The translations under genes and the position numbers were made by a program. The notes beneath the pieces are model-generated. The model saw nothing but the letters and a program-made list of their open reading frames with translations, made no database searches and was not told the origin of the DNA. A DNA stretch of 64,000 nt from NCBI GenBank assembly GCA_041191945.1, contig JBEENX010000004.1, positions 7,051 to 71,050 of the forward strand. The letters are read 5' to 3'. Shown here in pieces: positions 29,480 to 36,822 of the stretch (positions are counted from its first letter, which is position 1; each line of letters starts with the position of its first letter). Source of the DNA: Bacteroidota bacterium (GTDB taxonomy: Bacteria; Bacteroidota; Bacteroidia; Flavobacteriales; Flavobacteriaceae).

Positions 29480-30664
29480 TTAATTTCGTAACGGATTTTG
29501 GTTCAAAATTCCTTTGAGTTTGTTTTTTAAATCTTCACCTGCATCGTAGATCATTTGTTCATTGCTAGGAAAAGGGACTGTTTTTTTATCAAAATTTGGA
29601 AAATAACTATCGTCAGCAGCTCTTCGATCTCCTTTGTAGTTGGCATAGATATTTTCAAAAATGAATTCACTACTTAACGGAAAGCTTTGTAACAACTGAT
29701 TGTTTGCCCAGTTACTATAGTCTACTTTAGCAGTAATCATACAGGATTTGAATTGTCTAAATTCGTTTACTTTAACAGTAACATCTTTAAAATTGTCAAC
29801 AAAAACGACTTTTCCTTTTTCGTCCAACACCTCTTTACCATTGGCATCAATTAATTTTTTTTGTCCGTCTTTGATGCGGCGTTCTTTGATGAATTCTTTC
29901 TCTTTGATTTGCTCTGGCGAAATGATTATTTCTCTAAAGCGAATGCGAACTCCAAAATCGTAGCGAATTCCATCTTGTTCCGTATTGTGATACACGGTCC
30001 ATTTGTCATTCAAGCCATAGGTATTGAAATCCAATAAATCATTTTGTAACCGAACTGGAATAATCATATTGGTTTCGTTTTTTGTACTGACTAAAACATA
30101 ATCAGAACCTTTGAATTTGGCTTCTTTGAGCAATTCGTTTACGTCTTTGAAATTGGGATTTATTTGGTTTAAATAGGTAAAATCGTCAAAGGCTTTGCGG
30201 AAATCCATTTTATTAGTGCTCTTAAGTAAGGCTTTGGCATTGGTATACAAATAATTAGAAAGGGCGTTTTTAGTTGCAACCAATTTGTTGTTGTAATTTT
30301 CAAATGCAAAAACAGCAGTGCGATTTTCTTTGAATAATTGCAGTGGAAGCAAGGGTTTTATTTTTTCTTGTCGGTTGTTCAACCCAACGTAAAGTTGGTA
30401 AACGCATTCTATTTGTGCGGGATTATTTTCTTTTTCGAGTACGTTTAACGTGTTGGTATCTCTTTCTTTGGCTTTGGCGAAAGCCTCTTCTAAAAGAGAT
30501 ACATATTCTTGTTTGCTCTTTTTGTCTTTATTGGAAGCTAAACTTGAAACGGCTATGGAAATGGCATTGTCATAATCGCCAGAGTGTACCAGTCCTTGAG
30601 TGTGTTTTAGGGCGCAATTCGAGAGTAGTAATAAAAGACTAAGTAAAAATGTAATTTTTCTCAT
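29480..30664 (-). CDS. Hypothetical lipoprotein
   Basis: Lipobox LSNC; helical N-half, beta-rich C-half. Confidence 0.8.
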   Translation of the reverse strand: MRKITFLLSLLLLLSNCALKHTQGLVHSGDYDNAISIAVSSLASNKDKKSKQEYVSLLEEAFAKAKERDTNTLNVLEKENNPAQIECVYQLYVGLNNRQEKIKPLLPLQLFKENRTAVFAFENYNNKLVATKNALSNYLYTNAKALLKSTNKMDFRKAFDDFTYLNQINPNFKDVNELLKEAKFKGSDYVLVSTKNETNMIIPVRLQNDLLDFNTYGLNDKWTVYHNTEQDGIRYDFGVRIRFREIIISPEQIKEKEFIKERRIKDGQKKLIDANGKEVLDEKGKVVFVDNFKDVTVKVNEFRQFKSCMITAKVDYSNWANNQLLQSFPLSSEFIFENIYANYKGDRRAADDSYFPNFDKKTVPFPSNEQMIYDAGEDLKNKLKGILNQNPLRN

Positions 30665-30843
30665 AAAATTTGGGTTTAGATAGTTTTGGGATATGTTATT
30701 TTCAAAAATGGTGCCATCTGAAAAAGAATGTGTTTCTCTTGTTAATTAATTTGTTAAAAAATACTACGCCAAATATATTGGTAACGCACTATTTAGCCAA
30801 CGATTTTTTGTATTTTTGCGACAAATTAACAAAAACTACACAA

Positions 30844-32118
30844 ATGCAACGCGACGAACAAATTTTTGACCTTATTTTAGAAGAACAAGACAGACAAATT
30901 CACGGAATAGAATTAATTGCATCAGAAAACTTTGTAAGTGACGAAGTAATGGAAGCTGCGGGTTCTGTTTTGACTAACAAATATGCAGAAGGATACCCTG
31001 GAAAAAGATACTACGGAGGTTGTGAAGTAGTAGATATTGTTGAACAAATTGCGATTGACAGAGCTAAAGAATTATTTGGCGCTGAATATGCTAACGTACA
31101 ACCACACTCAGGTTCTCAAGCCAATACTGCAGTTTACCACGCTTGTATTAAACCAGGTGATACTATTTTAGGATTTGATTTGGCTCACGGTGGTCACTTG
31201 ACTCACGGTTCGCCAGTGAATTTTTCTGGACGTTTGTACAACCCTGTTTTTTATGGTGTTGATAAAGAAACAGGACGTTTGGATTATGATAAAATTCAAG
31301 AAATTGCGACTAAAGAGCAACCCAAATTAATTATCGCTGGAGCTTCGGCTTATTCTCGTGATATGGATTTTGCTCGTTTCAGACAAATTGCGGATAGCGT
31401 TGGTGCTATTTTATTGGCTGATATTTCGCACCCAGCAGGTTTAATTGCTAAAGGATTGATGAGCGATCCGTTGCCTCACTGTCATATTGTAACTACTACA
31501 ACACACAAAACATTGCGTGGACCACGTGGTGGATTGATTTTGATGGGTAAAGATTTTGAAAACCCATTTGGTTTAACTACTCCAAAAGGAGAAATCAGAA
31601 TGATGTCTAATTTATTGGACTTGGCTGTTTTTCCTGGAAACCAAGGAGGACCGTTAATGCATATTATTGCTGCAAAAGCAGTAGCCTTTGGCGAAGCTTT
31701 GAAAGATGAATTCTTTACGTATGCTATGCAATTGCAAAAAAATGCAAAAGCAATGGCAGATGCATTTACTAAAAGAGGATACGAAATCATTTCAGGAGGT
31801 ACTGATAACCACATGATGTTGATTGACTTAAGAAACAAAAACATTTCTGGTAAAGACGCTGAAAATGCGTTAGTAAAAGCAGAAATCACTGTAAATAAAA
31901 ACATGGTTCCATTTGATGATAAATCACCATTTGTAACTTCTGGAATTCGTGTAGGAACGGCTGCAATTACTACTCGTGGTTTAGTAGAAGAAGATATGGA
32001 AACTATTGTAGCACTTATTGATAAAGTCTTGATGAATCACACTGACGAAGATGTAATCGAAGAAGTAGCTGCTGAAGTAAACGAAATGATGAGCGAAAGA
32101 CCTATTTTCGTTTTCTAA
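30844..32118 (+). CDS. glyA: Serine hydroxymethyltransferase
   Basis: [33 protein letters not shown]; ATG 30844 lies after promoter TATTTTTG 30811-30818. Confidence 0.98.
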   Translation: MQRDEQIFDLILEEQDRQIHGIELIASENFVSDEVMEAAGSVLTNKYAEGYPGKRYYGGCEVVDIVEQIAIDRAKELFGAEYANVQPHSGSQANTAVYHACIKPGDTILGFDLAHGGHLTHGSPVNFSGRLYNPVFYGVDKETGRLDYDKIQEIATKEQPKLIIAGASAYSRDMDFARFRQIADSVGAILLADISHPAGLIAKGLMSDPLPHCHIVTTTTHKTLRGPRGGLILMGKDFENPFGLTTPKGEIRMMSNLLDLAVFPGNQGGPLMHIIAAKAVAFGEALKDEFFTYAMQLQKNAKAMADAFTKRGYEIISGGTDNHMMLIDLRNKNISGKDAENALVKAEITVNKNMVPFDDKSPFVTSGIRVGTAAITTRGLVEEDMETIVALIDKVLMNHTDEDVIEEVAAEVNEMMSERPIFVF

Positions 32119-32141
32119 TTTTTTAAATTTCAAATTCAAAT

Positions 32142-32189
32142 TATAAGGTTTTGTTTTTACGGAAAGTAATTGCAAAACCTTATTTTTTT
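32142..32189 (+). terminator. Intrinsic terminator after glyA
   Basis: ATAAGGTTTTG...CAAAACCTTAT plus T tract. Confidence 0.7.
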
Positions 32190-32235
32190 AATTGCTAAAC
32201 TGAACTTGAAATCTTAAACCTGAAACAAAAATTTT

Positions 32236-32829
32236 ATGTCCATACTGAGATTAAAACTGCCTACCGACCCAAGATGGGTAAATATTGTTGAGAAAAATAT
32301 TGAAGAGATACTGACAGATCATGCTTGGTGCGAACAAAAAGCCGCTACCAATGCGATTACCATCATTACACACAATTCGGAATACCAAGATTTAGTGCAG
32401 GATTTATTGGCTTTAGCCAAAGAAGAAATTGACCATTTTGAACAAGTACACAATTTGATTATCAAACGCGGACTAAAATTAGGTCGTGAGCGTAAAGATG
32501 ATTATGTGAATGAGTTGTATTTGTATATGAAGCGAAGTAGTAACGGAAGTAGAGTTTCGGGTTTAGTAGAACGTTTGTTGTTTTCGGCGATGATTGAGGC
32601 TAGAAGTTGCGAGCGTTTTAAAGTGCTTTCTGAAAACATTGAAGACCCAGAATTAGCCACATTCTACCGTGATTTGATGGAAAGTGAAGCAGGACATTAT
32701 ACGACTTTTATTGGCTATGCCCGAAAATACGGAGAAGGTATTGATGTAGAACAACGCTGGAGAGAATGGCTAGAATTTGAAGCCTCGATTATTACTAATT
32801 ATGGCAAAAGCGAAACCGTTCACGGGTAG
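32236..32829 (+). CDS. miaE: tRNA-(ms2io6A37) hydroxylase (ferritin-like di-iron)
   Basis: L.DHAWCEQKAA, EEIDHF, IEARSCERF, ESEAGHY. Confidence 0.92.
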   Translation: MSILRLKLPTDPRWVNIVEKNIEEILTDHAWCEQKAATNAITIITHNSEYQDLVQDLLALAKEEIDHFEQVHNLIIKRGLKLGRERKDDYVNELYLYMKRSSNGSRVSGLVERLLFSAMIEARSCERFKVLSENIEDPELATFYRDLMESEAGHYTTFIGYARKYGEGIDVEQRWREWLEFEASIITNYGKSETVHG

Positions 32830-32881
32830 TAAAATCAATATCAAAATTCAAAGTTCAAAATTCGTTGTTCAATAGTGAAAT

Positions 32882-32958
32882 CTTATATTTCCTTATATTC
32901 CTTATATGGTTAAAAACAATTTCCAAATCTAACAAGTCTAACAATCTAACAAGTCTAA
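32882..32958 (+). repeat. Short tandem repeat tracts: (CTTATAT)x3 and a 17-bp-period duplication
   Basis: CTTATAT at 32882, 32892, 32901; AATCTAACAAGTCTAA at 32926 and 32943. Confidence 0.75.
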
Positions 32959-32964
32959 TTTCAA

Positions 32965-33462
32965 ATGCTTACAATACAACAAGGTTTACCATCCGATACG
33001 GCAACAATTCGGGATATTGCTTATAGAACTTGGCCAGATACGTACGGCAACATTGTTCCAGCGGCTCAATTGGAGTACATGTTGGAATTGTTTTATTCGG
33101 ATGAAGCCTTGATAGCGCAAATGGAGGAGAAGGGGCATCAATTTATTTTGGTGAAAGAAAGTGACGTCGTGTTAGGTTTTGCTTCTTACGAACACAACTA
33201 TTTGGGACAAAACACCACTCGATTGCACAAGATTTATTTACTACCCGAATCACAAGGCAAAGGCGCTGGGAAGTTGTTGATCGATGCAGTAGTGAAAGCA
33301 GCTACAGATAACCAATCTGAAGTAGTGTCTTTGAATGTGAATCGATTCAATACAGCAGTTACTTTTTATCAAAAAATGGGTTTTGAAATTGTAGGCGAAG
33401 AAGACGTTGCTTTAGACCACGGTTACCTGATGGAAGACTACAAAATGGAATACAAGATATAA
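32965..33462 (+). CDS. GNAT family N-acetyltransferase
   Basis: LHKIYLLPE.QGKG.GK.L, LNVNR.N.A..FY.K.GF. Confidence 0.92.
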   Translation: MLTIQQGLPSDTATIRDIAYRTWPDTYGNIVPAAQLEYMLELFYSDEALIAQMEEKGHQFILVKESDVVLGFASYEHNYLGQNTTRLHKIYLLPESQGKGAGKLLIDAVVKAATDNQSEVVSLNVNRFNTAVTFYQKMGFEIVGEEDVALDHGYLMEDYKMEYKI

Positions 33463-34032
33463 TTACTCCACAATAATACTGTGTTTATCCAACAATCCTT
33501 TAAGGCCTTCTAAAGCGAAAATTGCTTTTTTAATCTTCGTTTTCTCAGGGTCAATGGTATAATTGTAGCTGGTTTTAAAATTAGCTTTTGAGGCATTGGC
33601 TTTGTCGAATTCGGCGCGATACAAATCGCAATGATCAAATACTACTTCTGATAAATCGGTCGCCATAAAATCAACCGCAATCAAACTACAGTGTGCGAAT
33701 ACTGTTTCTTTTAGTTTTAGGGTGTAAAATTTAGAAAAATCCAAGTTACAACGGTTAAAGGCAATTTCAAAAATTAATTTGTCGCACATAGCAAAATTAA
33801 TGTCTTGCATTTTACAGTTGTTGAAACGTACCGTTCTCAAAGCAGTATGATTGAGTTTGGTACTATTGAAATTGCAATTGGTAAACGTACACTCAATAAA
33901 AGTAACACCAATAAAATTACAAGCGGTAAAATCACAATTGATAAACTGACAGGATTCAAATTCTTTGAGATGCATGGCTTCCTCACCATAAGAGGTGTCT
34001 TGGTAAGTGATATCAAAGAAATAGTTGGTCAT
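33463..34032 (-). CDS. Pentapeptide repeat protein
   Basis: Regular x-x-F-x-x / C-x-F/L 5-residue periodicity. Confidence 0.9.
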   Translation of the reverse strand: MTNYFFDITYQDTSYGEEAMHLKEFESCQFINCDFTACNFIGVTFIECTFTNCNFNSTKLNHTALRTVRFNNCKMQDINFAMCDKLIFEIAFNRCNLDFSKFYTLKLKETVFAHCSLIAVDFMATDLSEVVFDHCDLYRAEFDKANASKANFKTSYNYTIDPEKTKIKKAIFALEGLKGLLDKHSIIVE

Positions 34033-34192
34033 ACAATAGTTTAGTTCCTGTTGGGGCTAAATTACTTATTTCTGTTGGTAAATCACAAGTCCTCTGGAAA
34101 CATTGTGTTTTCTTATGGGTACAAATTAGAAAGAATTTTCAGTATATTTGTTTGGTAACGTTGTGTAAAAGGTTTGGTTTGAATTAATTACA

Positions 34193-34238
34193 GGCATGAG
34201 CAAGATGCTCCCGCTAGCAGGGGGTAGAATGCTAGCGG
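34193..34238 (+). repeat. REP-like GC-rich element
   Basis: GAGCA-AGA-TGCTC hairpin, then CCGCTAGCA/TGCTAGCGG 9-bp inverted repeat around GGGGG. Confidence 0.65.
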
Positions 34239-34286
34239 ATAGATTTCCTATGAACTTACATAATCAAGAATTTAAAATACATTTTT

Positions 34287-34607
34287 ATGGGTATGGAAAA
34301 ATTTCAAAATAAATACATTCTGTTTTTAGTTGTTTTCTTTTTTGTTTCGTGCATGTCAAAAAAGGAAAAGGCTTTATCAGATGCTTATGCAGAATTTAAT
34401 TATCAAGTTAATGATTTAAGATTAGATGTTAAAAAATTTAAAGGCCCAGTAAAATTAAAAAAAGACGATAGAAATTTTTATCCAAGAAAAAATCATGTTT
34501 TATATGGATGGAATAGCATCATGAAAAAGAAAACAGTTTGGATTTATGTTGAAGTTGACACTACATTTGAAAAAGATCCTAGTGTTTCTTATTCTAACAA
34601 TTGGTAA
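34287..34607 (+). CDS. Small hypothetical lipoprotein
   Basis: Hydrophobic signal with FVSC lipobox; very AT-rich. Confidence 0.7.
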   Translation: MGMEKFQNKYILFLVVFFFVSCMSKKEKALSDAYAEFNYQVNDLRLDVKKFKGPVKLKKDDRNFYPRKNHVLYGWNSIMKKKTVWIYVEVDTTFEKDPSVSYSNNW

Positions 34608-34743
34608 TTTATCAATATTAGTGAGGTAATGTGGTAATGTTTACTCTGTAAAAAACAAATTTAAAATAGATTTTTTTATAAATAAAAGTTAATCAATAAG
34701 GCATAAGTTTGGTTAGTGTATCAAAGTTAGTGATGACTTAAAT

Positions 34744-34836
34744 TTCCCCCCAGCTGGCGAATGATTTTATGCTAGTACAGCACCACGTGAATAGATTAAC
34801 TACGTTGAATTACATTTCGCGCGGGAGCAGGGGGAA
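34744..34836. repeat. Two divergent REP-like elements ending AGC(A/T)GGGGG
   Basis: Minus strand TTCGCCAGCTGGGGGG (about 34746-34761); plus strand TTCGCGCGGGAGCAGGGGG (34816-34834). Confidence 0.55.
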
Positions 34837-34879
34837 TAGCCGGATATATTGATACAAAAATAGATAATGAATAAAATTT

Positions 34880-35092
34880 ATGATAGAAGATATTATTTTA
34901 CCGTTAGCAAGTTTTATTATAGGTATTACTTATTCCAAATGGCTTTATAAATCAAACGGAAATAGTTTTTTTGAAGAAACAGACGATGATTTATTTTCAA
35001 AATCACAGACTCTTAAAGGTTGGGCAGCAGGTTTAATATTAATTATAGTGGGTGTATTATTTCTTATAAAAGGGGTGTTAAAACATTGGTAA
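34880..35092 (+). CDS. Small two-TM hypothetical membrane protein
   Basis: Two hydrophobic segments separated by an acidic loop. Confidence 0.6.
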   Translation: MIEDIILPLASFIIGITYSKWLYKSNGNSFFEETDDDLFSKSQTLKGWAAGLILIIVGVLFLIKGVLKHW

Positions 35093-35270
35093 TATGGAGT
35101 GTATCGAAATTAGGCATAACTTATAATCAACAAGTTATTATATCGATAACCGCACTACTAAAGTCTGTTTATTGTGAGTTAACTTCTTTGAAATAATGAC
35201 CAAAATTTGAAAATTACTCGACAGGATTACATATCCAGTAAAGCTCCGCTTTGAAAATACCCTTAAAACA

Positions 35271-35301
35271 AAAAAACGCTCAAGCGAGCTTGGCGTTTTT
35301 T
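35271..35301. terminator. Bidirectional terminator downstream of tRNA-Arg
   Basis: AAAAAACGC.CAAG...CTTGGCGTTTTTT. Confidence 0.7.
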
Positions 35302-35321
35302 CTTATAATGGTATTTATTCG

Positions 35322-35395
35322 TGACCTCGACAGGATTCAAACCTGTAACCTTCTGAGCCGTAATCAGATGCGCTATTCAGTTGCGCCACGAGGCC
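35322..35395 (-). tRNA. tRNA-Arg(ACG)
   Basis: GGCCTCG acceptor, GCGC D-stem, TCTGA-TTACGGC-TCAGA anticodon arm, ACAGG-TTTGAAT-CCTGT T-arm; no encoded CCA; promoter TATATTTG 35408-35415. Confidence 0.97.
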
Positions 35396-35489
35396 TTATT
35401 TCGGGTGCAAATATAGGCAAAATTGGTAGATATCCAAATTGAAAACTAAAAAATAACTTCTTTTTTAAGAGCAATCCAGCGAGATGGGT

Positions 35490-35633
35490 TTATTTATCTA
35501 AGGCTCTACAGGTTACATAATAGCGGTATCCTATCAATGCCATCTGCCATTTCTTTGCTTTGGTGACGTCTAGGCCTTGTTTGGTTAAACTTGGCAATAG
35601 TAGTTTGTTGATTTTGGCTAATATTTTGAACAT
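35490..35633 (-). CDS. Small basic protein, 47 aa (not in ORF track): MFKILAKINKLLLPSLTKQGLDVTKAKKWQMALIGYRYYVTCRALDK
   Basis: ATG with A-rich leader to TAA; resembles from memory a conserved small Flavobacteriaceae protein. Confidence 0.75.
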   Translation of the reverse strand: MFKILAKINKLLLPSLTKQGLDVTKAKKWQMALIGYRYYVTCRALDK

Positions 35634-35653
35634 TATCTTTTTTTGGTAAAAAT

Positions 35654-35683
35654 AAAAAAGACCATCAATATAATGGTCTTTTT
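35654..35683 (-). terminator. Intrinsic terminator
   Basis: AAAAAAGACCAT...ATGGTCTTTTTT. Confidence 0.75.
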
Positions 35684-35688
35684 GTTAT

Positions 35689-36591
35689 TTATTTCTTTTT
35701 TGATTGCTTTGGAGTGGCCTTCTCTAAAGCGATTCGGGCTTTTTCTAATTCCTCTTTTGCCTTAATCATTTCGTCTTTGGCTTTTTCCAATTCTGATTTT
35801 TCATCGGCATTCGTATCTTCAGAACGCATCATTTTTTTGATTTTTTTCTTGAAGTCTTGAATGCCTTTTTCATTTCGTAAATCAAATTCGCCTAAAGGGT
35901 TTGCTTCTGTAGTTCCAAAACTATCGGTATCAATTTCAGCATCTTTTTTGATTTTTTCAATTTCTTCAGCAGTGTAATCGTCTTTTCCTGAAATAACTTC
36001 GCCATCTTCAATAATCAAGTCTTTTTTATTCGGTTTTTTGATGATTATTTTGGACTTTTTAGATGATTTCGGAGCATCGTTTTTGTCAGAGAAATTAAAT
36101 CTGAAATTATCAGTTGAAGGATTGCCGTCTTCATCATGGAAGCCAAATTGCTTTAATGCTTCTCCATTAGGCACACCATTAAAGAAAAAATTACTCATTC
36201 CATTGGAATTGGCAGGCGATCCAAAGCCAATTTCGTTTCCAGATTTGTAAAAACTAATTGTAGAAATAGGCGATTGTTGGTTGAGTTTTAATTCGCCCTT
36301 ATTTCCTTTTTCATCTTCGTAGCTCACTTTTAAGCCGGTGATTTCGTTTTTGGCATTGCGTTTCACATCCGAATAATTGATGGTTACACCGTATTTTTTT
36401 AGTGCTTTTACATCGTCATTCATTTCTGATTCGGGTGTGGTTTTGTTCCAAGTCATCACCACATCGTCTAAAGTGTTGTTGATTTCTAAGCGGTCTTGGT
36501 TTTTCTTATTTTGTGCCAATACAGCAACAGAGCCACCAATAATTAAAGTAAAAGCAAGTGCTAATGTAAAATACTGTTTTTTGGTATTCAT
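35689..36591 (-). CDS. Secreted hypothetical protein sharing a domain with the adjacent M56 protein
   Basis: Signal peptide (ATG 36591), VKRN...EI.G.K domain, C-terminal coiled coil. Confidence 0.8.
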   Translation of the reverse strand: MNTKKQYFTLALAFTLIIGGSVAVLAQNKKNQDRLEINNTLDDVVMTWNKTTPESEMNDDVKALKKYGVTINYSDVKRNAKNEITGLKVSYEDEKGNKGELKLNQQSPISTISFYKSGNEIGFGSPANSNGMSNFFFNGVPNGEALKQFGFHDEDGNPSTDNFRFNFSDKNDAPKSSKKSKIIIKKPNKKDLIIEDGEVISGKDDYTAEEIEKIKKDAEIDTDSFGTTEANPLGEFDLRNEKGIQDFKKKIKKMMRSEDTNADEKSELEKAKDEMIKAKEELEKARIALEKATPKQSKKK

Positions 36592-36771
36592 AGTAAACAA
36601 TTTAATTAATACGACTGATTTTTGTTTTTAACGAAGCAAACCTATTAATTGATTTTTAGACCCAAAAATACCTTTGCAAAAATTTAACGTAATTAACTTT
36701 TTGATAAGAAAACAATTTGCTTTGATTTCAATTGTGTTTATCGTTAAAAATAACAGTATTGTAATAAATTT

Positions 36772-36804
36772 AAAAAGGCGTTCAAAATTATTGAACGCCT
36801 TTTT
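36772..36804 (-). terminator. Terminator after M56 gene
   Basis: AAAAAGGCGTTCAA...TTGAACGCCTTTTT. Confidence 0.8.
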
Positions 36805-36822
36805 AATACTGAAGTTAAGGGA

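Noticed and set aside
30670-30843. N-terminal extensions of glyA (also aroC 11528, MFS 40587, menD 60732)
   Set aside because: Extensions start at non-ATG codons and, for glyA, aroC and the MFS gene, run across TAnnTTTG promoter elements; family similarity begins at the downstream ATG
34140-35270. CRISPR array, integron or pdif array
   Set aside because: No identical regularly spaced repeats, no integrase, no convincing attC; GGCATAA motifs lack a proper XerD arm
35251-35442. 63-aa ORF in the track
   Set aside because: Antisense to tRNA-Arg and its terminator; spurious
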